DNA of 40,000 bases from an uncultured Rivularia sp. (GCA_963665115.1 OY762007.1:7180679-7220678), one strand, 5' to 3'; positions 27,751 to 38,284 are shown, counted from the first letter of the stretch. Notes: generated by a model not told the origin, from the letters alone. A program made the numbers and translations.

Positions 27751-28416
27751 ATGAATAAACGAATATTAAATTCAAAAGTTTTAGCATTTTTTCTTGTAGG
27801 TTTGACAGCTATATTAATTAGCTCAAATATGGTGAAAGCTGTAGAAAATAACCCTACACTCTTGGCTCGAAATAACATTTGGTCATCAGCTTCTTTCCCC
27901 GTCGAACGTTTTCAAGCTTACACATCCCCTTTTGGATATCGTCGCTCTCCAAGAGGTGGACGTATGGAGTTTCACAACGGTTTAGATATTGCCGCACCTC
28001 AAGGTAGCTACATCCGCAACTGGTGGGGAGGTACGGTAATTAAAGTAGGCGATCGCGGTGCTTGCGGTACCCATATCATCGTTCAGTCTGGTGACTGGAA
28101 ACACAGCTATTGCCATATGAAAGGACGGGTAGAAAAATCCAACGGTCAGCTTTATATGGTCGATCGCGCTGGCGGTATTCAAATCGCTAAAGGTCAGCGA
28201 ATACCCGCAGGTTTCCGAATTGGACGTATCGGAATGACTGGGCGCACTACGGGACCTCATCTCCACTGGGTACTTAGATACGGGAAGAATTATGTTGACC
28301 CAGCAAAGGTTCTCCGAGCTATGCATACCAAGCAGCAAGTTAGCAATACATCAAATATTAATAGTAATCAAAGGTATCAAATAAAACTTGAAGAATCAAA
28401 GCTGATTAATCAGTGA
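27751..28416 (+). CDS. M23 family metallopeptidase, secreted
   Basis: 221 aa; signal-like N-terminus, FHNGLDIAAPQGSYIRNWWGGTVIKVG, SYCHM, GRTTGPHLHW. Confidence 0.85.
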   Translation: MNKRILNSKVLAFFLVGLTAILISSNMVKAVENNPTLLARNNIWSSASFPVERFQAYTSPFGYRRSPRGGRMEFHNGLDIAAPQGSYIRNWWGGTVIKVGDRGACGTHIIVQSGDWKHSYCHMKGRVEKSNGQLYMVDRAGGIQIAKGQRIPAGFRIGRIGMTGRTTGPHLHWVLRYGKNYVDPAKVLRAMHTKQQVSNTSNINSNQRYQIKLEESKLINQ

Positions 28417-28521
28417 GCAGTTTGATATGTACTTGTTATGCGGCATTAAATAGTTGTAAAAGAGGGAACAGAGGAAGAAGATTGTATTAGTCCCAAATAA
28501 ATCCTAAAAATGAATAATCGC

Positions 28522-28553
28522 AGAAACCCGGTTTTTTGGAAAAACCGGGTTTC
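28522..28553. repeat. hairpin repeat AGAAACCCGGTTTTTTGGAAAAACCGGGTTTCT
   Basis: Near-perfect palindrome, the same core as 4381-4411; 3' of the M23 peptidase gene. Confidence 0.7.
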
Positions 28554-28965
28554 TAATTACTATTACTCTGCCCCGTTTACCATAAATTAGCAAAGCTCAA
28601 GCTAAGGCTTTAGGAGAATTTTTTCATGTAGATGCAGATTTATTTAAACCATTGGCAACAAACTATTAAGTTAACTTGATATAGATAAATTTTTTGTATA
28701 TATATTAATTGATTCCGAATTAATACTTGCTTAGGTGGGAGTTACTCTAAAGATGCGATACGATTCACCTCAAACCTAGAACCTGCAATATTCTGGAAGC
28801 TCTGCATCTCTACAAAATCAGGGACAAAATTCTTCTTGAAAGAAATTAAGTTTATAACAACCATAATTAGTCAATCTCTCTAAAGGAATATAGAAATAAT
28901 TAAATAACTATGTGATTATACGTAAATGAAATATTTATACAGATAGATTTTTAAGGTTTTACTAG

Positions 28966-30358
28966 ATGACATTGCCTAATACTTTTAAAACTCCCTCCTT
29001 TCTACAAAAGGTGCAGTGGGTAGCCGATCCTGTCGCATATATGGAAAAAGCGGCTCGGCAATATCCTGATATTTATACAGCGGAAGTGGTTGGTTTTGGT
29101 AATACTTTGGTATTCGTGAATCATCCCGAAGGAATAGAAAAAGTTTTTAGCAATGACACAAAAGAATTTGTCGCGATAGGAGAAACCAATAAGACATTTG
29201 AGCCGATAATTGGGGAATATGGATTGGTGATATTAGATGGCGATCGCCACAAACGACAGCGAAAGTTGATGATGCCATCTTTTCACGGTAAGCGGATGCA
29301 TTCCTATGCAGAATTGATGTGTCATCATAGCGAAAAAGTTTTTGCTAACTTACCTATTAACGAAACATTTTCGGCTAGTGAAGCAACTTTAGATATTTCT
29401 TTGGAAGTTATTTTGGGTGCTGTATTCGGTTTATCGGAAGGGGAACGTTATCAGCAAATTAAAAATAAACTGCTTTCAATGTTGCATATTGTTTCTTCAC
29501 CTTTGACTGCTAGTTTCCTACTTTTCCCCGCTTTACAAAAAGATTTAGGGGCTTGGAGTCTTTGGGGTAAGTTTGTCCGTTTGCGAAAGCAGCTTGATGA
29601 CTTAATTTATGCCGAAATCGCCGAACGTCGCAATCATCGCGATGCAGATAGGGTTGATGTTCTTTCCATGTTGATGGAAGCGATAGATGAAGAAGGGCAG
29701 GCGATGACAGATAAGGAGTTGCGAGATGAGTTGATAACTATGTTGCTCGCAGGGACATGAAACCTCGGCAACCGCTATGGCTTGGTCATTATATTGGGTT
29801 CACCATACACCGCACGTGAAGGAAAAACTGCTCGCAGAAATCGATAACTTGGGTGAAAATCCAGATCCAATGGAAGTATTTCGACTTCCTTATTTAACTG
29901 CTGTATGTAACGAAACTTTACGGATTTGTCCGGTATCTATGACCACGTTTCCGAGAGTAGTTAAAGAACCTGTGGAATTGTTGGGACATAATTTAGAACC
30001 GGGCACAGTAATAGTAGGAAGTCTTTACAATTTGCATCGTCGGGAAGACTTGTATCCTCAGTCCAACAAATTTAGACCAGAACGTTTTTCAGAAAGACAA
30101 TATTCACAATACGAACTTTTCTCTTTTGGTGGAGGTGCGCGGAGGTGTGTTGGAGAAGCTTTTGCGATGTTTGAAATGAAGTTAGTTTTAACAACAATAC
30201 TTTCAAAATATCAACTGGAATTAGCAGATAACAAACCAGAAAAGCTTCAGCGTCATGGTGCATTTAATCTTGCGCCAGCCAACGGAGTCAAAATGTCAAT
30301 TACAGGAATGCGCCCTCAGCCTCAATTAGCTGTAGCTATGGCTAGTGAAATAAATTAA
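28966..30358 (+). CDS. cytochrome P450 (CYP110-like), frameshifted
   Basis: 28966..29760 ends DELITMLLAG, then 29777..30358 starts MAWSLYWVHH. Removing one A near 29755 gives LLAGHETSATAMAWSLYW. Heme motif FSFGGGARRCVGEAFA; ExxR ETLR. Confidence 0.9.
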
Positions 30359-30372
30359 TTTGTAGTTTGTAG

Positions 30373-30435
30373 GTTGGGTTAGACGCACGAATAATATTAT
30401 TGTTAACGAAGAAGTTTGATGCGTCGTAACCCAAC
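30373..30435. repeat. palindromic repeat R1 (GTTGGGTTAGACGCA...TGCGTCGTAACCCAAC)
   Basis: Ends are inverted with one base difference; flanks the duplicated small gene. Confidence 0.8.
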
Positions 30436-30436
30436 A

Positions 30437-30718
30437 TTACTTAGTCTTACGATTTCTATACCAATATATACCGCAACCTGATATAATCGCCCCAACAATC
30501 CCAGTTAGACTGCGAAGTGTTTCGTTATCTACCCTATATATATATTTGATTAACTCTTCAATAGCTATCCCGAGAAAAGTCCCTAAAAAGAACCAAAAAA
30601 CTAGTGGTAGGAAATCTGCTGTTGACCAATAATTGTTCTTCTGAGCTGAAAGACCGACCGCAATTGCTATAGGTAAAGCAGTTAGCATCGTAATTACAAA
30701 TGATAAAGGGTCTAGCAT
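30437..30718 (-). CDS. small two/three-TM hypothetical protein, copy A
   Basis: 93 aa MLDPLSFVITMLTALPIAIAVGLSAQKNNYWSTADFLPLVFWFFLGTFLGIAIEELIKYIYRVD..., paralogue of 30969..31259. Confidence 0.65.
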   Translation of the reverse strand: MLDPLSFVITMLTALPIAIAVGLSAQKNNYWSTADFLPLVFWFFLGTFLGIAIEELIKYIYRVDNETLRSLTGIVGAIISGCGIYWYRNRKTK

Positions 30719-30899
30719 AATTCCACGCTCCGTAATTCTTTTGTTAAAGAATGGTGAACTTGAATATTACATAAAAGTTTTTCCACACGAATCAGCCATT
30801 AGTACTATCAACTGCAATCAATTATTAGCAATATTTATGTTGATAATTGATTAATATTTATAGTTTGTAGTTTGTAGTTTGTAGTTTATAAGTTTGTAG

Positions 30900-30961
30900 G
30901 TTGGGTTAGACGCACGAATGATTTATTGTTAACGAAGAAATTTGATGCGTCGTAAACCAAC
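30900..30961. repeat. palindromic repeat R2
   Basis: GTTGGGTTAGACGCACGAATGATTTATTGTTAACGAAGAAATTTGATGCGTCGTAAACCAAC. Confidence 0.8.
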
Positions 30962-30968
30962 ATTTAAA

Positions 30969-31259
30969 TTACTTGCTCTGCTTCGGCGTGCGAGTTCTAT
31001 ACCAATATATGCCGCAACCCGATACGACTGGACCAACGAGGTAAACCAACTTAAGAAGTATTTCACTATCTACTCTAAATATATATTTGATTAACTCTTT
31101 TGCAGCTATCCCGATAAAAGTTCCTAATAGTGTCCAGAATACTAGTGGTAGGAAATCTGCTGTTGACCAATAACTGTTTTTCTTAGCTGAAAAACCAATT
31201 CCAAGTCCTATAGGTAAAGCAGCTAACGTCGTAATTACATATGATAAAAAATCTGACAT
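30969..31259 (-). CDS. small two/three-TM hypothetical protein, copy B
   Basis: 96 aa MSDFLSYVITTLAALPIGLGIGFSAKKNSYWSTADFLPLVFWTLLGTFIGIAAKELIKYIFRVD... Confidence 0.65.
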   Translation of the reverse strand: MSDFLSYVITTLAALPIGLGIGFSAKKNSYWSTADFLPLVFWTLLGTFIGIAAKELIKYIFRVDSEILLKLVYLVGPVVSGCGIYWYRTRTPKQSK

Positions 31260-31411
31260 AATTTCACGCTCCGTAATTCTTTTGTTAAAGAATGGTGAAC
31301 TTGAATATTACATAAAAGTTTTTCCACGCGAATCAGCCATTAGTACTATCAACTCCAATCAATCATTAGCAATATTTAGGTTGATAATTGATTAATATTT
31401 ATAGTTTGTAG

Positions 31412-31473
31412 GTTGGGTTAGACGCACGAATGATTTATTGTTTACCAAGAAGTTTGATGCGTCGTAACCCAAC
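31412..31473. repeat. palindromic repeat R3
   Basis: GTTGGGTTAGACGCACGAATGATTTATTGTTTACCAAGAAGTTTGATGCGTCGTAACCCAAC. Confidence 0.8.
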
Positions 31474-31486
31474 ATTTACTTTGTTA

Positions 31487-31936
31487 TCATTCTAAGGAAG
31501 CTGAATACTCTGCAAAAACCTCTTCCCCAGTCATATTTTTAGTTTTATTTGCAAAGCTGTAAAAAGACGGTTTCTCATCAATAAAAATTTGTAATTCGAG
31601 AGCAAAATTTTCCTCGTCATCGAGCAAGCCAGCAGGAAGTGCATAATAATTTGCTTCTTTTAAACGGTAGAAAAGATGGGTTCCACACTTACTACAAAAT
31701 CCACGCTCTGCCCATTCAGAAGAACTGAAGACAGATATATTTTCATTACCTTCAAAATTCACATCTTGACCGCATTGAATCGCAAGTAAAGGGCCACCCG
31801 TCCATTTTCGACACATATTGCAGTGACAAGCGTCTACATTATTGCTTTTCGTCTTAACTGAAACCTTTACTGCACCACAGAGACAGCTTCCTTGTTTTTC
31901 AAGTTCGTTTGCCATAACTTTCTCCTCAGACTGCAT
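31487..31936 (-). CDS. GFA family protein (glutathione-dependent formaldehyde-activating-like)
   Basis: 149 aa; GSCLCGAVKVSVK, CHCNMCRKWTGGP, SEWAERGFCSKCGTHLFYRL. Confidence 0.85.
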   Translation of the reverse strand: MQSEEKVMANELEKQGSCLCGAVKVSVKTKSNNVDACHCNMCRKWTGGPLLAIQCGQDVNFEGNENISVFSSSEWAERGFCSKCGTHLFYRLKEANYYALPAGLLDDEENFALELQIFIDEKPSFYSFANKTKNMTGEEVFAEYSASLE

Positions 31937-32025
31937 AACTAGATTATTATGAAAAGCCAGTAGATTGAACTAAAGGTTTATGAATAATTATTATGGTTAA
32001 GAAAAAATGACATAGTGTAAATCAA

Positions 32026-32751
32026 TTATTCAAACTTTGATATTCTTTCACCGTGAGAAACGTAAACACCATATCCATCCACAAATTGAATCGCGGGTTT
32101 ATCTTCGCCGTGTAATTTATGTTGGTTATCAAAAGTAAGTATAGAAGGGCGATCGCACACTACACAAAGTTCTTGATAAGAAGCTATCCATCCACAGTTT
32201 TTGACAATTTCTTGAAAAGTTTGCCAGATTTCAGAATCTTCATCACATTTTAATTCAAAAACAGAAAAATCTAATCTAGCCATTTCACTACAGACAGTAT
32301 CTGGTTGACGAGTACCTTCTTCAAATTCTTCAGGAATCATAAAAAAAGATGGCTCGTCTGATTCACAATCGAGTTCCTCTAAGTCTTCTCTTACTATTTC
32401 ATGAATATCACAAGTTTGCAGCCATAATTGATAGTCATCTTTATCTTTTAATGAAACAGTAGAATTTAAATATTTTACTAGCTTTTCCCAAAACCTATCA
32501 ATCATATCGCTATAATCAAGTTGCAAACAACCTATTTCATGACACAATTTATCAAGGGCTACAACAGCAGCATAAGGGCTATCAAAAAAGAATATTTGTG
32601 GTTGTGGTTCGTCAATTAATGTATATGCTGTTTTAATTGCTGCTTCTGCTTTCTCACGGTTAATTGGCTCGGTTGAAAGAGCAATTTTTCGCCATTTTTC
32701 TAAATAATTTAAAAATAAAGTTTCTTGTTGTGGAGTTAGTTCTTCAGTCAT
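32026..32751 (-). CDS. uncharacterised protein, possibly DUF6745-like
   Basis: 241 aa; KWRKIALSTEPINREKAEAAIKTAYTLI...IFFFDSPYAAVVAL; CGWIASYQELCVVCDRPSILTFDNQHKLHGEDKPAIQFVDGYGVYVSHG. Confidence 0.5.
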   Translation of the reverse strand: MTEELTPQQETLFLNYLEKWRKIALSTEPINREKAEAAIKTAYTLIDEPQPQIFFFDSPYAAVVALDKLCHEIGCLQLDYSDMIDRFWEKLVKYLNSTVSLKDKDDYQLWLQTCDIHEIVREDLEELDCESDEPSFFMIPEEFEEGTRQPDTVCSEMARLDFSVFELKCDEDSEIWQTFQEIVKNCGWIASYQELCVVCDRPSILTFDNQHKLHGEDKPAIQFVDGYGVYVSHGERISKFE

Positions 32752-32904
32752 AGGGACTTACGCAAAAGCAACGTAACTGCGTCATTACGAGCGACAGCGA
32801 CGTATATGTCCTATCGGACACGCTCCGCTAACGCAAAAACCCTGCGATTGCTTCCCTACACTGCGTTCCGATCGCAATGACAAATCTCCATAGCGTAAGT
32901 CCTG
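32752..32904. mobile_element. MITE-like element, 153 bp, with terminal inverted repeats and 6-bp direct flank repeats
   Basis: AGTCAT | AGGGACTTACGC ... GCGTAAGTCCTG | AGTCAT. TIRs match 10 of 12; flanks 32746-32751 and 32905-32910 are identical. Confidence 0.7.
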
Positions 32905-33336
32905 AGTCATTTTAAACAAATTTATATTAAGCTTTGGTTTTATATAAAATTATAATTAGTAGCGACTGTCTTGAATGTCAACCGCGACGGCGCAACTGGG
33001 GAACCGCTACGCTGCGGAAGGCGGTACCAGGTAGGGGCATAACAGCAAATAATCGTGTTCAGGGACAAGACGTTTTAGCAGTATTACCAGAAATTGAATT
33101 AACCCTTACTCCCAATCGAGTTTTTGGATGGTTAAAGATAAGTTAGTGAAATAACCCACGGAGGTGGGTTTTGCTTGTGTAGCCGCGATTTCCAATCGCC
33201 AAGGATTAAAAAAAATTATAATTTTAAACCTATTTATTAGACATTAAAAATGTTGCGTTACGGCAATTTCACATTTATTATGTATTATTGTAAACTCACG
33301 TAGCCGTAACACACCCTACAAATAAAATACAACTAA

Positions 33337-33579
33337 TCAATCAAAATTACGTCGAAATCTACGATCAATTTTATCGGTCTTTTTACGATTGCAACTAAAG
33401 CATAAAGTTTGTAAGTTGCTGATATCGTTGGAACCACCACGAGCTAAAGGGATAATATGGTCAATTGTTAAATCGGTTTCACCATGTTGTTTACCACAGC
33501 TTTGACATTGGTATTTATTCCGTTCAAATACATATTTTCTCACTGCTGAAGGAATGGGAATACGCGGTGTTTTGCTCAT
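33337..33579 (-). CDS. HNH endonuclease
   Basis: 80 aa; VFERNKYQCQSCGKQHGETDLTIDHIIPLARGGSNDISNLQTLCFSCNRKK. Confidence 0.9.
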   Translation of the reverse strand: MSKTPRIPIPSAVRKYVFERNKYQCQSCGKQHGETDLTIDHIIPLARGGSNDISNLQTLCFSCNRKKTDKIDRRFRRNFD

Positions 33580-34012
33580 AGAAGTTTTTAAAAGAGATTG
33601 TTTCTATATTATCTTGTGTAAATGTTTCTTCAGCTTCTTGTTCTTGAAGAGAGAAATCTAGCAAAACTTTTAAATCAATATATTCTTGATTATAATTTCC
33701 TTGACTTGAAAAGTCTAAAATAATTTTGATTTGTAATTCATCTAATCGTCTAATTTGATCGAAGGCAATCAATTCACATTGAATATCTTCTTTTAACCAA
33801 AATTTCCATTCGATGCGGTTATATATTCCTTGGTTGTTTACTTCTCTGAAATATTTTTTAATCAATTTATTTTTGCAGCAAAAATTTAAATTGCCCTTTC
33901 TTGGTTTAAAATCCTTAACAATACTCTCTTTAATTTGATTTGTGTTAAAAACGATTTTGTTTAGAACAATAAATTCGTTCTCTTCCGTAAAAGACTCAAA
34001 ATTACAATGCAT
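33524..34012 (-). CDS. hypothetical protein overlapping the HNH gene
   Basis: 162 aa ORF; 56-nt overlap with the HNH ORF. Confidence 0.5.
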   Translation of the reverse strand: MHCNFESFTEENEFIVLNKIVFNTNQIKESIVKDFKPRKGNLNFCCKNKLIKKYFREVNNQGIYNRIEWKFWLKEDIQCELIAFDQIRRLDELQIKIILDFSSQGNYNQEYIDLKVLLDFSLQEQEAEETFTQDNIETISFKNFYEQNTAYSHSFSSEKICI

Positions 34013-34227
34013 ACTTATGATTTAGCTTTATATTCAAGATAGTTAATTTTTGAGAAGCCAATTCGATCGCACAGTAAAATTTTTATGCGTGAAAATAGGT
34101 GACGATGATATAGATTTCATCTTAATCGCGTAAATGAAACCTTTATGATTATTATGTCCGCTTATTTACCTGACAAACATTAAATATTACAAGACGGAAA
34201 TTATATTTAATAAAACTATTTCAAATG

Positions 34228-34668
34228 TTATGCAGCATACATCATGTCGTCAAAAGACAATTTAGGCTGTTGAACTTGATGTTCTTCAGATAAGAATTCT
34301 AAGTTAAACTCAATTTTAGCTATTTTGCTAGAATCTTTCTCATTGGGAAAGAAATCTATAGATGACTGAGTTCTGATCTTTCCTTTCTGCCAGCTTGTAG
34401 CACCAAGTCTAAGAATCTCGCAATGATTCCCTTCTTCTGAGGAAGATAAGGTGACGCTGATATTGCAATAGCTAAAAGATGTATTGATTAATTCATATAT
34501 TCTTTCTTTGCTGTTACAACCATCATTTTCTTTTGTGAGAAGATAGTTCACCTTCTGCCACAACTCATTTTCTAACTGTTGCTTAAATTGACTAAATTTA
34601 ACCAGACTGCCGTTGTATGACAAAACATCGTCATCGTTGCAACTCAAAGATTTGAATTTACTTTCCAT
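34228..34668 (-). CDS. KGK-domain protein
   Basis: 146 aa; CEILRLGATSWQKGKIRTQSSIDFFPNE matches the cyanobacterial KGK-domain pattern. Confidence 0.65.
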   Translation of the reverse strand: MESKFKSLSCNDDDVLSYNGSLVKFSQFKQQLENELWQKVNYLLTKENDGCNSKERIYELINTSFSYCNISVTLSSSEEGNHCEILRLGATSWQKGKIRTQSSIDFFPNEKDSSKIAKIEFNLEFLSEEHQVQQPKLSFDDMMYAA

Positions 34669-34751
34669 ATTCGCTTACATCATGTACTACAATTTCCAAT
34701 TAAGTTACCAATCTTTTTACAGTTTCTCTGTTACCAAGACAACATCAATTG

Positions 34752-37260
34752 TTAAACTTCTATAGTTTCAGCTACACCGTTATTTTCAAACGATGCACTA
34801 TCAACTATTTCTGCCTCCGGTGACTCGATTACGGGTAATAAATAATCGTACAATTGCATTGCTTCTAAGCAACCGTTAATGGCAGACACGGATTGATTGA
34901 AACTAGCAATTTTATCTTTCGCTGCATCCAATCGTCGCTTGTTATCAGCAACTTTCTCTTGCGCTTCTTTTACTAAAGTTTTCTCTAAATAAGCACGCGC
35001 TTGAGGATACTGCTGCAAAATTTCGTCACTTTTGATATCCGCCATTGGTAAAAGCTGAGTTTTAAAGCTTTGATTAATGGTTTGTCGGAATGTGATGCGA
35101 ATTGTTCTGCTAACTTTGGGTTCAAAATCTAACTTTAACAGTTGTTTAATTGCAGGTTTCAGCTTCTACCATACTTTCACAATCAAAAGTTTGAGAAGTT
35201 TGCTGCAATGTCTGGCGAAACTGATAAATTGAAAAAGTACCTTCATCATAAAATCTAGGACTTTCTCTAACAAATCTGTCGCACTCTACCCGCGCGGCAT
35301 TTTGTAAAGCTAGAGAAATCTGCTTTTCTAACTTACCTAATTCTTGTTCTAAACCTCCATCATTGCCAAGCAAACGGTACAATTGTTTATAATATTCAGC
35401 CTTACGAATTCTGTCATTCAACCTTTGAAAGAAATTGGCAACAATTTTCTCAGAATATTCTACTAAAATATCTTCCAATTGATTCGCAAGATAGTAAAGT
35501 GCCTCTACCAAAATGGCAATTAAAGGTGCTGTTGCGTTGCGAGGATGACTTAATGTCGCACGTTTATAGGTGTCGGCAACAGAAAAAGTATCTAGTAATT
35601 CATCCAAACGGTGAATCATTCTGGCGCGTAATTGATTAAAATCCGCTTCAAATTTATCGCAAGCATTAGTCACAACTTGGTTAACTTCTTCTGCAATATG
35701 CTCGCGAAATTCGTTTCCTACTTGCTGCAATTGCTGATTGAGACGTTGCAATTCTTGGGCTTTCATAGCCTCAATTTCTTGCGGTTGGCTATCTAATTCG
35801 CGCCGTATTTCTTGATAATATTTCTTAATTGGAATACAAATATCTTCTAAATCGTCAGCCAAATGTTTAAATAACTCGGGACGTTTTTCTTGAGTAAGAT
35901 AGCGAGTAATTGCTGCTTTAAATTTCTCAACACCGCTATCTTCAATTAGTTGATTAACTAATAAGGTTCCTTGTTCTGATAGAATTCTGACATAATTCTG
36001 ATTCTGACTTTCAAAATTATTTACAGAAATCCGAAATTTATCAGCAGGTAGTTTACCAGAAGCAGTACAGTAACGTAGAAATTCGTAAACAAATTGTGGC
36101 GTATTTTCTTGTGATTCTTTCTTATAATTTATGTTATCACTTATTCTGTCGGTAATTTCAGCACTGGTTTTATCAATTACTTGATGAATATCGGCAAATA
36201 CAGTATCTAAACCAAACCTATCTTTCTGACTAGTTTGTTTAATTTGACTGCCATAAAATCCCAACAATCCACTGGTTTTAAAAACCCTACTGCCATACTG
36301 AAACTGAGTACCAATTAAATTATTCAGCCTTTGCTTCAAATCGTTATTGTACCAACTTTCATCAATTCGATTAAAAACGTAAAAAACTCTATCCCTAATT
36401 CCTGGATTATCCCTTATTACTTCTAAAAGTTGAGTTTCAGCCTTTGTCATATCACCCATCGAAGCAGGTTTTAAGACACATACCACCGCAGAAGTATCGG
36501 GATGCTGAATTTTTTCATAAGTCAACCGGGCATCTTTTTCTACAGGCGCATCAATACCAGGAGTATCAATAATTACGTTACCATCTTGTAAAAGTCGATG
36601 GTTGCAATAATATTCAATTCGCTTTAAAACCGCGCTATTACTTCCCCGACGCGCATATCCCGCAGCTTCCTTAAGGTTATTAAAATTAAACTCTTCCATC
36701 GAGTAAGTAGCATTATTTATCGTATGAATGTGCTGACGATTTGCTACATATCCCGACAATAATAAAATTAACGCTTGAGCCTGTTTCGCACGTTCGGATT
36801 TACTTTCACCACCCTCTTGCCCGATGATAGCTTCACATCCTTGACGCAATAATTCAATTGCATCATCTCGATTAATATTCTCAACCTTGTGCAATCCTAA
36901 CTGCTCGCATAAAGAAAATACCTGTTCTCTAACTTCTTGCTCGCTCAAAAAGGTGAGAACAACCTTTTCATTATCGGGATGTGCATACTCTATTTTGCAT
37001 TCCGTACCCGTAGCGTGTCCTTCTGCACTATAGAGCAATTCCCTCTCCAGAAGCGCATTAATCAGCATTGATTTACCCGCACTAAAGGCACCGGCAAATA
37101 CAATTTCAAACTTTGGAGAGATTGCTTTCCTCAGCGAAGTTTGCACTGGGGTAAGATCGTAAGCAGCCAAAGACGGTTCTTGCTGTAAAAATCGCGTTAG
37201 AGAATCTACTTGTTCCTTTAGATTTTGGCATTGAGGCAGCAGTTCTGCCATATGTAGCAT
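34752..37260 (-). CDS. dynamin-like GTPase family protein, C-terminus frameshifted
   Basis: P-loop GAFSAGKSMLIN, DTPGIDAP, FNRID. After the ORF ends at 35146 the other frame continues KLKPAIKQLLKLDFEPKVSRTIRITFRQTINQSFKTQLLPMADIKSDEILQQYPQARAYLEKT... to 34752. Break at about 35155-35168. Confidence 0.85.
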
Positions 37261-37606
37261 CCCGATAAAATAAAATAGAAACTTTGCGTATATTCTAAAA
37301 ATGTTTTTTTCTATACGCTTCCGTAATCTTACCGATTATCTTTCTCATTTATAAGGATACTTTATTTTCTATCCATAATTCTACTTTGCAATTCAGCGTA
37401 AGCATAAAACGGAATTAAAATTAATCAAATTATCAAGATAAATCGAAAATAAGGGGTTAAACCCCTCCGAGCTTAAACATACTAAAACTACCAAGTATGA
37501 ATACGCTTAGATATTGCATCATTCTCAACAACAGCATTAGAATGAATTCTCAGCACAACAAGTACGGTTATGGACATTTTTTTTATCTAAGTTATAAAAA
37601 TAAGTT

Positions 37607-38017
37607 ATGAAAATTTTTCCTATTAGACTTGAATCCAATGCAGATTTAAGAAAGAGTTTAAAAAGCTTTGCAGTTGAAAAAAATATTCAAGCAGGATTTA
37701 TATTAACTGCGGTTGGTAGTTTAAAACAAGCAACAATCCGCTTCGCCGATCGAGACAATACTACAGTCTTAACCGAAAAATTTGAAATACTTTCTCTTAA
37801 CGGAACTTTAGCTACTACAGGGATGCATCTTCACATGGCGATCGCCGACAGTAATGGTAAAGTTATTGGCGGACACCTCAGTGATGGTTGCATTATTTAC
37901 ACTACCGCTGAAATCGCGATCGGGATTGCTGAAAATTTCAGTTTTCATCGAAGCTTTGACGAACAAACCGGATTTAACGAGCTTGAAGTTATATCGTTAA
38001 TTTCAACGAGTTTGTAG
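37607..38017 (+). CDS. PPC (DUF296) domain DNA-binding-like protein
   Basis: 136 aa; IQAGFILTAVGSLKQATIRFA...GMHLHMAIADSNGKVIGGHLSDGCIIYTTAEIAIG. Confidence 0.85.
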   Translation: MKIFPIRLESNADLRKSLKSFAVEKNIQAGFILTAVGSLKQATIRFADRDNTTVLTEKFEILSLNGTLATTGMHLHMAIADSNGKVIGGHLSDGCIIYTTAEIAIGIAENFSFHRSFDEQTGFNELEVISLISTSL

Positions 38018-38089
38018 TAGCGCCGTCTAGCGGAATTCGGAGGGGCTAAAGCCCCAACTACGAACCATAGGGAATAGTAATCGATTTTA

Positions 38090-38284
38090 TTATATTTTTC
38101 TTTCTATTTGAGCATCTTTCAATCCGTTAAAAGTAGCTACCACACTATGAGTTTCGACTTGGGTAATCGGTGCGGGTTTCATTTCCCCTCGAAAGTCTAG
38201 AATTTGTACTAATACAAGATAAGCAACAGCTAAAAGTATAGAAAATACACCCGTGATAATCGCAACAATTTTTCCTCTATCCAT
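38090..38284 (-). CDS. small conserved membrane protein
   Basis: 64 aa with one TM, MDRGKIVAIITGVFSILLAVAYLVLVQILDFRGEMKPAP. Confidence 0.6.
   Translation of the reverse strand: MDRGKIVAIITGVFSILLAVAYLVLVQILDFRGEMKPAPITQVETHSVVATFNGLKDAQIERKI

Noticed and set aside
27982-28338. 118-aa minus ORF
   Set aside because: Antisense to the M23 peptidase gene, which has clear motifs.
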